64,000 nucleotides of DNA from Podarcis pityusensis (Eukaryota). The position numbers and the translations under genes were made by a program. Each line of letters begins with the position of its first letter. Positions within the stretch are counted from its first letter, which is position 1. The stretch lies in assembly GCA_964106645.2 (NCBI GenBank), contig OZ067038.1; one strand, 5' to 3'. The notes beneath the pieces were generated by a model. That model was not told the DNA's origin, ran no database searches, and worked only from the letters and a program-made list of their open reading frames with translations. Positions 26,128 through 36,405 of this stretch are shown here, piece by piece.

Positions 26128-29100
26128 ATGGCAGCCAACAGCAGCTTCTCGCCATTCAACCCAGCATCTGGAGACTGGGAAGCGTACGCCTCCCGTTTCA
26201 CCTTCCTCCTAGAAGCCAAAGGGGTCACCGACGAAGAAGACGCCAAGAAGAGGGCGATATTCTTCAGCGTCTGCGGAGAGGAGACGTTTGAAATCGCCCG
26301 GGCTCTCCTTGCGCCTGAAGACGTCGCTACTGTTCCATACAAAACAATAATGGAACAGCTGAAGGGGCACTTTTCGCCGCAGCCCTCAGTGGTGGCTCGT
26401 CGAAATGCCTTCTACGCAAAGCGGCAAGCCCCTGGGGAAACCATAACTGGGTTTGTGACCTCTCTCCGCCAAGCCGCCCGGTTCTGCAACTTCTCAGAGC
26501 TGGAGAACATGCTTCGTGACCGCCTCGTCGGTGGCCTGAAGGATGAGAAGCTGCAACGGCGCCTCTACGCTAAGAAGGACCTAACGTTCCAGGTCGCTCT
26601 GGAGGAGGCCCTGGCAACAGAAGCTGCCGAGAGGTCGACCCAAGAGGCACGGCCGAGCCTGCCATCCCAACCGAGGGTCCACCATGAAGACCTCACCGAC
26701 GACTCAGGATCCGACAGGGAGGAGGTGCACCGAGTACAACAGCGCACTCAAGCAGCGCACAGACCACAGCTGCCTCGACGAGAAGGAGGGAACTGCGCAA
26801 GCTGCGGGGAGAGTCACGAGAGGAGGACCTGCCGTTTCCGCAACGCAGAGTGCAGGCAGTGCAGAAAATCGGGACACATCGCCCGGGTGTGTCGGGCTCG
26901 GCCCACCCGACACCAGGCATCAGATGACCAATCCAAGAGCCCCAGGTCCCGGGGCCCAACGCACCAAGGCAACTCGACGGAGCTCACGGACTTCCAGGTA
27001 TACCAGTTGCCCCACCCCAACGTAGAGAAAATTTATGTAGAGGTACAGATAGAGGGGGCCCCATGCCGCATGGAGCTTGACACGGGTTCAACTCTATCCA
27101 TAATCTCGGCAAGGACCTTAAGGAAACTGTGTCCCACTGGGGGTCCCAAACTCAGGCCGGCCCCATTCACCCTCCGGGACTTCCAGAAACGTAAGGTCCC
27201 CACAATGGGGGTGGGGACCTTCAGGGTGCAATACCGAGGGCGGACGCGGCAACTGGACTTGCTTGTGGTCAAGGGCCCCTACATTAGCTTACTGGGATTG
27301 GCATGGTTTGGACCACTGGGGCTAGCTGTCACCGGGGTGAACCACACTAGCTTACAAGTGGACGTGGACGCCATATGCAAGGAATTTCCAGGGGTTTTCG
27401 ATGGGAAATTGGGACAGTATACGGGCCCCCCCATTGCGCTACAGCTTGACCCCGCAGTACGACCGGTCAGGCTCAAGGCCCGCCGGGTCCCGTTCGCCTT
27501 GAAACCCCGTATAGACGAGGAATTGGACCGACTCGTAGAGCAAGGAGTGCTGGAGCCGGTGCCTAATGCTCCCTGGGAAACCCCAATCGTCACACCCGTC
27601 AAGCCTAATGGTTCGGTCCGCATCTGCGCAGACTACAAATGTACCATAAACAAGGCCCTCACGGCCCACGCATACCCAGTGCCAGTGGTCAGCCATGTCC
27701 TTGCCACCCTGGCTGGGTCGAAAATTTTTGGCAAGCTGGACTTGGCCCAAGCATATCAACAGCTGCCAGTAGATGAGGCCACAGCAGAGGCACAGACGAT
27801 TGTGACGCACAGAGGAGCGTTCAGGGTAAAGCGGCTGCAATTCGGTGTCAGCGTGGCACCAGGCATATTCCAGAATATAATGGACTCTCTCCTTAAAGGG
27901 ATTCCTGGCGTCACCCCCTTCTTCGATGATGTGTTGATTGCCGGCCCCACACCAGAGGAGTTTGAGGACCGCCTCCGCACCGTTCTGCACCGTTTCCAGA
28001 CGGCGGGTCTCAAGGTGAAGCGGGAAAAATGTCTACTAGGAGTGCCTCAGGTGGACTTTCTGGGATTTATGGTGGACGCAGAAGGGGTCCACCCGACTGG
28101 GGACAAGGTACGGGCCATTTGTGATGCCCCAGCGCCCAAGAGCAAGACTGAACTTCAGGCCTTCTTGGGACTATTGAACTTTTACCATTCCTTCCTTCCC
28201 CACAAGGCGGCGGTAGCGGAGCCCCTACACAGACTCCTGGACAAGCGGGCCCCTTGGGTGTGGGGCCAGCGCCAGGAGGCCGCATTCCAGGCAGTCAAGG
28301 ACTTGCTTGTCTCAAACTCGGTCTTGGCACACTTCGACGAGAGGCTGCCGGTGGTGCTAGCATGCGACGCCTCACCCTATGGCATTGGAGCTGTCCTGGG
28401 GCACCAACTCCCGGATGGAAGAGAGGTACCGGTGGCGTACTTTTCCCAGACACTCAACACAACCGAGCGGAACTACTCGCAAATCGACAAGGAGGGTCTG
28501 GCAATCGTAAAGGGAGTAAAAAAATTCCATGATTTCTTGTACGGGCGGCCCTTCACCGTGGTGACTGACCACAAGCCGTTGCTTGGCTTGTTTGCCCCCG
28601 AAAAGCAGACCCCCCAAGTGCTGTCTCCTCGCGTCCTCAGGTGGTCAATTTTCCTTGCCAGCTACCAGTATGCACTGATTCACCGACCTGGGAAGGCGAT
28701 GGGCCATGCGGACGCCCTCAGCAGGCTACCACTACCGGAAACAGGCCCTGACCCAGCACCTGCACAAGAGGTTATGAGCCTGGAGCTGCTTCCCGACCGC
28801 CCCATTCAGGCACAAGAAGTTGCACACCATTCCAAGAAAGATAGGGTCATCTCCCGGGTCCTGGACTGGGTGTGGAGGGGATGGCCCAGCAGCAGCCCCG
28901 GGCCAGAATTCGCCGGCTACACAACCCGCAAACATGAACTGTCGGCCCACAAGGGGTGCCTGTTATGGGGAAGCAGAGTCGTTGTTCCCCAGCCCCTCTG
29001 CAAAAGGGTCCTCACAGCCCTACACGAGACACATCCAGGGGTAGTAAGAATGAAGGCCCTTGCCAGGAGTTATGTGTGGTGGCCGGGGATCGATGGAGAG

Positions 29101-30204
29101 ATAGAGGCCTGGGTCAAACACTGCCAGGCCTGCCAAGAATCCCGCCCAGATCCCCCAAGGGCCCCAGTCCAGTCCTGGGAGTCCGCCCGAGCACCATGGT
29201 CACGCCTGCATGTGGATTTCGCTGGCCCCTTTCAGGGGAAAACATTCTTCATAGTGGTGGACTCCTACACCAAATGGCTGGAAGTCGCACTGGTACCGTC
29301 CACTTCCACGTCCGCAGCCATCCGGGTACTACGCAGGCTGTTTGCAACCCACGGGCTCCCTGACACTCTCGTCTCAGACAACGGGACTGCATTTACGTCA
29401 GGAGAATTCCAAACCTTCACAGCGCAGAACGCCATCCGCCACATCCGTTCGGCGCCGTTCCACCCTGCCACCAATGGCCAAGCAGAACGCATGGTGCGGA
29501 CCACCAAGGACACCCTTCGCCGCATGACGCAAGGGGACTGGGAGTACCGCCTTGCCACATTCCTTCTAGCACAGCACAGCACCCCCAGCTCAACGACTGG
29601 CCGGAGCCCCGCTGAACTACTAATGGGTCGGCGCCTTGCAATCAGATTGGACCGCCTTCACCCCGATAGAGCTCAGGATGAGGTAGTGGTGGGGGAAGGC
29701 AGGAACCCCCGGACCTTCGAGGCCCAGGACCCAGTGTACGCAAAGAATTTTGGGGCAGGCCCAGCATGGGTACCCGCCACAATCACCAGGGTCACTGGCC
29801 CCGTGTCGTACGAGGTGCTAACGGATGGGGGGCAATGCTGGCGCCGCCACTGCGACCAGATACGGCGACGATTCCCGGGAGAAAACCAGGAGGAGGACAG
29901 GTCAGAGGAGTCCCAAGGGAACAGCGGGGCAGTGAGGCCCATAGAGCAGGAGGGGCCAGCAGGAGAGGCAGAATCAGTAAATACAGAGAGGACCCGTGAG
30001 GCCGAAAGGACACCGGAACCAGAACCACGACTGAGCGAGCCGGTTGCACCAGACCAAACAGCCGCATCACAGCCAGCATCCTTGGAACACGAGCCAGAAC
30101 CCGGAGCCCGGACCAGGGAACACCCCAGGCCACAACGCACACGTAGGCCGCCGGCATACCTTGAGGACTATGAATGCGACCTCCCGGGCAGGACTGGAAC
30201 TTAG
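26128..30204 (+). CDS. Gag-Pol polyprotein, 1358 aa, single uninterrupted ORF
   Basis: Gag with Zn knuckles CASCGESHERRTC and CRQCRKSGHIARVC; protease LDTGS (D codon 27079); RT LDLAQAYQQ...FFDD (27919-27930); RNase H DAS...YSQIDKE...TDHKPL; integrase HETHPG...CQAC, HVDF, SDNG, NGQAER. Confidence 0.97.
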   Translation: MAANSSFSPFNPASGDWEAYASRFTFLLEAKGVTDEEDAKKRAIFFSVCGEETFEIARALLAPEDVATVPYKTIMEQLKGHFSPQPSVVARRNAFYAKRQAPGETITGFVTSLRQAARFCNFSELENMLRDRLVGGLKDEKLQRRLYAKKDLTFQVALEEALATEAAERSTQEARPSLPSQPRVHHEDLTDDSGSDREEVHRVQQRTQAAHRPQLPRREGGNCASCGESHERRTCRFRNAECRQCRKSGHIARVCRARPTRHQASDDQSKSPRSRGPTHQGNSTELTDFQVYQLPHPNVEKIYVEVQIEGAPCRMELDTGSTLSIISARTLRKLCPTGGPKLRPAPFTLRDFQKRKVPTMGVGTFRVQYRGRTRQLDLLVVKGPYISLLGLAWFGPLGLAVTGVNHTSLQVDVDAICKEFPGVFDGKLGQYTGPPIALQLDPAVRPVRLKARRVPFALKPRIDEELDRLVEQGVLEPVPNAPWETPIVTPVKPNGSVRICADYKCTINKALTAHAYPVPVVSHVLATLAGSKIFGKLDLAQAYQQLPVDEATAEAQTIVTHRGAFRVKRLQFGVSVAPGIFQNIMDSLLKGIPGVTPFFDDVLIAGPTPEEFEDRLRTVLHRFQTAGLKVKREKCLLGVPQVDFLGFMVDAEGVHPTGDKVRAICDAPAPKSKTELQAFLGLLNFYHSFLPHKAAVAEPLHRLLDKRAPWVWGQRQEAAFQAVKDLLVSNSVLAHFDERLPVVLACDASPYGIGAVLGHQLPDGREVPVAYFSQTLNTTERNYSQIDKEGLAIVKGVKKFHDFLYGRPFTVVTDHKPLLGLFAPEKQTPQVLSPRVLRWSIFLASYQYALIHRPGKAMGHADALSRLPLPETGPDPAPAQEVMSLELLPDRPIQAQEVAHHSKKDRVISRVLDWVWRGWPSSSPGPEFAGYTTRKHELSAHKGCLLWGSRVVVPQPLCKRVLTALHETHPGVVRMKALARSYVWWPGIDGEIEAWVKHCQACQESRPDPPRAPVQSWESARAPWSRLHVDFAGPFQGKTFFIVVDSYTKWLEVALVPSTSTSAAIRVLRRLFATHGLPDTLVSDNGTAFTSGEFQTFTAQNAIRHIRSAPFHPATNGQAERMVRTTKDTLRRMTQGDWEYRLATFLLAQHSTPSSTTGRSPAELLMGRRLAIRLDRLHPDRAQDEVVVGEGRNPRTFEAQDPVYAKNFGAGPAWVPATITRVTGPVSYEVLTDGGQCWRRHCDQIRRRFPGENQEEDRSEESQGNSGAVRPIEQEGPAGEAESVNTERTREAERTPEPEPRLSEPVAPDQTAASQPASLEHEPEPGARTREHPRPQRTRRPPAYLEDYECDLPGRTGT

Positions 30205-30214
30205 AGGGGAGGGG
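30203..30214 (+). promoter_or_regulatory. Polypurine tract
   Basis: AGAGGGGAGGGG immediately before the 3' LTR, overlapping the ORF stop codon. Confidence 0.9.
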
Positions 30215-30544
30215 TGTTATGTACTGAGTTGAATAGGATCCAAACTGTAGCAGTCTGATTGGTCCTAGAACAATAGGATTCAGAATGCAGCAGTCTGATT
30301 GGTCCTAGAACAATGCAGCAGTATGATTGGTTGGCAGGAACCACCCAATCCTGCTCCAGATAGAAGTGAATCCACAACCTGATTGGCTTACAGTAGAATT
30401 CCAGAATTAGCCAATCATGTGCAGCCCATTGTGTAAATAATGTATATAAAGCAGATACTGTGAGGGGACATTTATTCATTCCTCCTCACCACTATGAGCT
30501 GAATAAAGAGCATGAAATCACTTTGCGACTCTGAGTATATTTCA
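30215..30544 (+). repeat. 3' LTR (330 bp), identical to the 5' LTR by eye
   Basis: Base-by-base reading found no differences. The antisense ORF translations across both LTRs are also identical. Confidence 0.96.
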
Positions 30545-31093
30545 GATATTTATTAAGAATTTTAAAATTACAGGAAAAGCAAAGAGAAAAACAAGGAAAA
30601 AAATAAAGAAACAAAAGAAAAAGAAAAGAAAACAGATCACAATCAAAAAGCAAAAATAGACCACAAAAATTTAAAAACAAATCCAATGTTCCCAAATCCT
30701 TAACTGTCATTACCTTATTTCATTGACCTCCTCACTCCTCCCTTTTTTGTATTCTAGTTGTTAATTATCACAGCAAATCCTTTCCATTTTTCATAGTATT
30801 CTGTCATTAAATTACCTTAATCTATTTTAACCTTATCTTACTATAAAACACCCTAAAACTTAAAACTTAGATCTTATTTATACCAATTTCTCATAACCAT
30901 AACATATTCTTACATAATTCTTTTAACATTTCTGCTAAAGCCAAATAATTTCGTTCCAACATTTTTCTAACATTCATCAATTTTATAAAACAATCCTAAT
31001 AAAATCTTTTAAAACTTTCTTCCAATCTTCATCCAGCGTCTCTTCCCTGGTCCCGGGTTTTGACAGTCCTTTCTATCCCATCCATTTAGCTCA

Positions 31094-31813
31094 TTAACCT
31101 GGTAATCTTATGTCCGAGGCCCTTAAGTCTCTTCCATGTCCCTTCCGCAGATCTTCTTCATATTTATACCTGTACTTTACTTTGTCTCCTGCTCCTTTCA
31201 CTCGTGGAAACTCCGACTTGACAGTATTTTTGTCCCTTCTCGACCAATCAGCCCCTTTTCCATAGTCCACACTAAACTCCATGTGGTATTTAAAAACATG
31301 TTTCAAAGTCCCTCCAGAGTTAAGAACCCTCACAACCCCAAACATCTCACGGCCCATTGCCAGACTTGAAAAGTCAAAACATCCCTGCATAGGGGGGTCT
31401 ATCCAACCCCCCATTTCCAAACCAAACAAAACTCTATCTCTCCAAATCTGGCTTTTTCCAAGTTCATTTGTCAGATCCAACAACTCATGTTCCTGCTGGG
31501 CCACAGCTCCCTCCATCTCTGCCACCCAAGGTCCAGCAACATACTCCTCCCTCATCTGATCTGTCAGAGCACACTCCTGAGTTGATTCCTGGGTGGGTTC
31601 TATATAATTACCCACTACCTGTCCAAAATTTCTGATCGCAACAGTCATCAAGTCCGTCTTCTCATGTAACTGTTCCAATAGGGCACTTGTTTTACAGAAA
31701 GCACGCACCAGAGCTTCTGAATACATTGTTATGCAAGGTCGGAAGTCTGTTCCCACGATCTTAATCTGTTGCAGCTGCAGAGCTCCCTGGTTAAAATTTA
31801 GTAACAGTTTCAC
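31094..31813 (-). CDS. Orphan ORF of the non-autonomous retroelement (possible ORF1p-derived coiled-coil protein)
   Basis: 239-codon open frame (GTG at 31813; first ATG at 31726 gives 210 aa), in the sense orientation of the TSD-bounded element. Heptad-like segments SALLEQLHEKTDLM and EMEGAVAQQEHELLDLTNEL. Confidence 0.45.
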   Translation of the reverse strand: MKLLLNFNQGALQLQQIKIVGTDFRPCITMYSEALVRAFCKTSALLEQLHEKTDLMTVAIRNFGQVVGNYIEPTQESTQECALTDQMREEYVAGPWVAEMEGAVAQQEHELLDLTNELGKSQIWRDRVLFGLEMGGWIDPPMQGCFDFSSLAMGREMFGVVRVLNSGGTLKHVFKYHMEFSVDYGKGADWSRRDKNTVKSEFPRVKGAGDKVKYRYKYEEDLRKGHGRDLRASDIRLPG

Positions 31814-32389
31814 AGGCTCCCTCTAGGGGAAGAACTTCTATTTGTATCCATCTCTTTTCTTTTTTCTTTTTCTTTTAAAAGCAGATCTAACAACAAAGTT
31901 TCCTTTTTCAGATATTTTGTCAATATTTGTTCCTTTAAAATGCGAAGGAGAACAGTGGAATCACTATGTTTCTCTTCTTTTAACTGTCTGTCAAAGACGT
32001 TTGTCTATAGTCAATGAACTTCCCAAAAACGTCAGTCCTGACACCCCGCTCCCAGGTTCAAGACGGTGGAAAATTACTTTTCTTACACTCTCTTCTGCAG
32101 GTTTAAACAGTCCGGAAAAAATCCCCCCTCTTCTCCTGCTTCCGAAGGGGGTTCAACAATTTTAGATGATGAAGGTTAATCCTTTACAAACGATTTTCTG
32201 AACTCTAGTTTGCCATGTCTTTGCTTTAATCTACCTACAAGGAACGGAAGGCTGACTTCCTGTTTAGACCTTCCCGTTTCAGTGCCAAATTAAGAAAAAT
32301 TTCTTAGTCCAATTTTCCTTTCTACTCACAAGTCGTTATTTAAAGTCCAATTGTCCGAAATTAAGCTACTCACGGGTAGTTATTTTAGT

Positions 32390-32711
32390 AGCCAAATTGT
32401 CCCGGGGCGGCGCCATTCCGGGGTGGCGCCATCGGTAATGGCGGATTCCCTCTGATCCGGAGGGACTGGCTCCACGGAAAACGGGTCTTTCCCGCTACGG
32501 CGAAGCAGGGACCCTTTGAAAAATCACAGGCGGATGAAGCCTGTGACCATGGGACTCGGCGGGCACCTTTCACGCCCCCCCAACTCGTAAAGGAACCCAG
32601 CTACGGGCTCCGGAGCGAAGAGGGGCTAGTGGCACGGTGCGGAGAGTCAACTGCTTCTTCCGTGGAGCGAAGCCGCACAGCCGTTGCCGGAGAGCGCTGC
32701 CTTTTTCCTGG
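32390..32711 (-). promoter_or_regulatory. CpG-rich 5' UTR / internal promoter of the non-LTR element
   Basis: Dense CpG, GC-rich block that ends exactly at the TSD, in otherwise CpG-depleted DNA. Confidence 0.55.
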
Positions 32712-33281
32712 GACTTCCCTTTTATTTGTTAACACACACTTTATTGCAACATGATGGTGAAGCATAGGCTCAAGTTTAACGAAAGCAATACAGTGAGAAG
32801 CTGAAGAAAATGCTGGAAGTGGACAAAATAAATACTTTGTTATAATCCTTTTCAGGTAATTTTAGCTGGTGGTTTTTTCTGCCCTAGGCTGTGGGGCAGT
32901 GTGAAAATAAATAGAACCGAAAGAATTGGGGGCAGGGGCAGGGAAAAGAATGTGGGGGAAATGTTCAGGGCGTTAGAATTTTCCCTCAGTAATTTATTGT
33001 ATGAGGTGGTTAATCTTAGCAAAGTCACTTTACTGAGCAAACCTGAACAAAAGGTGTCTAATTTGAGAAGAAATGTACACAGGTTTGGTTTTGCTTAAGT
33101 CGGGTCTTGTACATAGCAGGGAGCTGTTAAACTAACCATACAAGGGGAAAGTTCCCTTAGAACTACACAGCCTATTTAATAAATAAAGGAATAATAAATA
33201 TTAGGCAGTAGAAAACAAGTATGAGGCTGATTTCCACAGATATTAGATTATGCCTGATACAGCAAAAGAATACCTTTAGGG

Positions 33282-33359
33282 TATTATTATTATTATTATT
33301 ATTAATAATAATAATAATTTATTTCTACCCTACCCATCTGGCTGGGTTTCCCCAGCCAC
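33282..33359 (-). mobile_element. Short L2 3' tip with (TAT)n/(AAT)n tail
   Basis: CCCATCTGGCTGGGTTTCCCCAGCCAC is the reverse complement of the L2 end at 8870-8900. Confidence 0.75.
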
Positions 33360-34294
33360 AACTTCTCTCCCTGGCTATGTAACTGATAATGACAGGTGTT
33401 GGCATGGTAATGCCTTGCATGTCATATGATTTGGTCCTGTTCCAAAGGTGCAGTCTTTCAATCATAGGTTAGGCAACCATCTAAACATGGTCCTGGACAC
33501 CTCCTTGAGATTTACAGATGCCAAAGTACTATCAAATGATGTCCTGGTCCTTTGGAACTTGACACAGGGACAATATAAGGGCACTCATGGTGGCTACACA
33601 TCTAGCACTTCAGTACTAGGTCTACCAGCCCCAGCCCCAAATCATACAGTGGGCAGAAGTAATGACTCAGCTAGCAGCCTAGGAGAAGGTGACCTTCTAC
33701 AAGCACAAGAAAAATGGGAAGTTTTCCAATACATAGGCTCCATATACAGATCTATTTGCATAAGTAAATGAACTTTCGCTTGGTCTGGACCACCAGCTGC
33801 ATCAGCCATTCCAAATAAATGCACCGAAAATATTGCTTTGTTTTCTTATGTTTTACTTACCTGTATTCCCCTTTTCATTATTTCTCTTCAAAAATCCATA
33901 GAAACCTATAAATAAACAAGTTGCAGGACATTTGTGGGATGGGAAGTGAGCTCCTTTATGCTCCTTCTTAGCTCTCCCCCCCCCCCCCCCGCTATTCTGG
34001 GGTCGTGAAGCCAATTTGGTCAAAGGCAATATATGTGTTGCTGTCTTTGCTCAGGTTAAGCTCTCTCTGAATGGAGGAACAGAGGTAAATGTGGCAGTGC
34101 AAGTTCTTGGCTCAATGGCCCCAAAATTGGTCTAGATCTTTGCAACGGCTGCCTTTGGCACCTGCTAGTGCGAGCCATGCTATTAACAGGTTGTTCTCGC
34201 GTTCCAAAACACCATCTTGAATTTTGGGTTCTCCCATTCTCTGATGTTTGCTACAGAGTGTGTCTGTAGAGTATCGGGGTATGGCTGCTTCTTT

Positions 34295-34490
34295 CAGGCT
34301 GCAGACACACTACACCTTTAAAGTGCATACAAAACACATTTCCGCCCCCTCAAAGAATTCTGGGCACAGTAGTTCACCCCTCACAGAGTTACAGTTCCCA
34401 GCAACCCTTGACAAACTACAGAGTGCTCATAATTCTTTGATGCAGGAATTGTGCTTCGAACATGCTTTACAGGCATGGTGTATATACTTA
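34295..34490. mobile_element. Palindromic MITE
   Basis: AGGCTGCAGACACACTACACCTTTAAAG...CTTTACAGGCATGGTGTATATA imperfect inverted ends with an internal hairpin. Confidence 0.55.
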
Positions 34491-35725
34491 GGTTCCAAAT
34501 GAGCTTGCTGTCTTTCCTTTCCTCTTTCTCTCTCAGTACCTGGTAGATTTTAAAAACCACTTTTTTGCGAACTATAGGAGCAGGATGGCCTGACCACAAC
34601 TGTCCTATCAGGAGTTTGTCTTTCTGTGCATGGATATCTTGACCTTTTCACATTACACCCAACTGGGGCATCATGACAATGATGGAAAGGATGACTCAGA
34701 TGCTGTGAAGTGTAGCGTACAATGTACATAACATGTTATGAAAGAACACAGTGTATGTTGTTTCCTTTTATTTCCCTCCCACCTTCAATTTTCTCCTCCT
34801 CCCAGCCTGTTTGCTTTTGTCTCCGGGAGAGAAGCTGAGTCATTTCCCAGCTGAGGCTCTGCTCACTGATGTGCCTTCTATGATACCAATGCTTTGGATG
34901 ATGAAGGGCTGAAGGGAAGTATCCAGAGTGTTCCCTCGTCATGTCTCCCATCACAGCTGAAATCAAGCAATTATGTATTCCACCCTTTCTCTGCACAGAA
35001 GAAAATGAAAATGCAGATATCACAGTTTCTGCCTGCAAACGATGTGGGCGTCGAGAAAGAACAAGCAAACAAATTCACATATTGTGGGCAGCGTTATTAC
35101 AACCGGATCTTTATGCAAGCAAATTATTTCATTGGAAAAACAGATCCTGAACTCTTTTAAGTTTTGGTTCTTTCAAACCCATTCTTAATTGACAAGCAGA
35201 AACAGCAATGGGGATGGCAACACATAGGTATGTTTTGATACGCCTCTCTGCAGTTCTACCTTAGGCCAAGAAGCAATGAAAAATTGTTCCCGTACTTTAA
35301 TGAGCTTGATCAGAAGTAACTTCAGTGAAGCAGTTATTGAGAGCGGGGGAAAGTGCTCAACCACAACGAATTGTTGTCTTAAATTTTAGTGCTTAATTGT
35401 GAACTTCAATAATGAAGTCAGGAACTGGAAGCACCTGGGAGGTAAGAGTATTAAGGGTCAAATGACATGTTACATGTGGGATCTGTAAATGGATCTCCCA
35501 TTGTTGTTTATAAGTGCAAGGAGATATTTATCACCCCTGCATGAGTCATAAGCCTCTGATTCCCAGTTTTCTCTCTTTTTAAAAAAGTCCCTAGCTCTTG
35601 CACAGCCTGAGATTTGAGGCAAAGAGTTGCATCCAAAGGAGCACTGAGTAACCATCCTGTCACCACAAGTATTTCCACTTGTGCAATGGGATTTTCCCCT
35701 TCTTCCTCCCTGTGCCCCCTAAAAC

Positions 35726-36099
35726 CAGTGATGGAGGAAGGGGGTGGGGGTGCGGTCCCCCCTGGGTGTCATCACTAGGGGTGTGTGTGTGTGACAAAAT
35801 GACAAAAATATGAGTTGTTGTTGTTTTAAAAAAATGGGGTTCACAAAACTTTTTAGTTCAGTCAACAAACGTAACAAATCGTGGCTGGCACTGGGCGACA
35901 CACCACGGGGGCTGGCCAGCGGGGCCTGCAGCGTGCCCGAGCCACGTGTCTCTCCTGGCGGCATGGGGCTTGCATCTGCCCACCACCTCTCCCTCAGCTG
36001 CCCATGCAGTGTGACCCAGCCCCATGGCCGACTCGCCCTGCCCCCAGCTGCAGGACGCCATTGCCGCACTGGGCACCTGACCGGCTAGCTACACCGCTG
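35726..36099. mobile_element. GC-rich non-autonomous DNA transposon
   Basis: CAGTG...GGGTGTCATC start and ...GCTAGCTACACCGCTG end, resembling CAGTGGCGTAGC-type TIR MITEs. Confidence 0.5.
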
Positions 36100-36377
36100 C
36101 CTAAAATTGTTCTAGCAATATGTGCAGGGGAAGAAGAGGGGGAAACTCCTGTTGCAACAGCGGAAATCCTTGCACTGAAGGGGCACATTGGTTGGATACC
36201 ACCCTAAACATGCAGATTCTCAGGGGTTGAATAACTCCAAATCCTCCAACATTTCTCAAATGAAAATAGGGACATCCTAAGGAAAAGTGGGACATTTCAG
36301 GATCAAATCAGGCCCAGGTGTTTGGGGATTTTTCTCCCTAGTCAGCTGGTAGCTCGAAGTTAAGCATTAAAAGCATT

Positions 36378-36405
36378 TAAATAATAATAATAATAATAAT
36401 AATAA
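36378..36405. repeat. (AAT)n microsatellite
   Basis: Direct reading. Confidence 0.9.

Larger units (their letters stand above)
25673..30544 (+). mobile_element. Full-length Ty3/Gypsy LTR retrotransposon (Mag/K02A2.6-like)
   Basis: LTR-PBS-gag/pol-PPT-LTR structure. Domain order PR-RT-RH-IN. No env. Confidence 0.97.
25656..32711 (-). mobile_element. Non-autonomous non-LTR retroelement (L1-dependent, HAL1-like; ~2.2 kb of own sequence) interrupted by the Gypsy element
   Basis: Perfect 19-bp TSD GACTTCCCTTTTATTTGTT at 25637-25655 and 32712-32730. PolyT run 25654-25664 (polyA tail on minus strand). Minus-strand AATAAA at 30549-30554. CpG-rich 5' end ~32390-32711. TT/AACA insertion site. One ORF with no RT. 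Confidence 0.8.

Noticed and set aside
29860-30204. Env or chromodomain after the integrase
   Set aside because: The C-terminal tail is low-complexity E/P/R-rich and ends in the common RTRRPPAYLEDY motif. It has no TM segment or chromodomain, and the ORF abuts the PPT.
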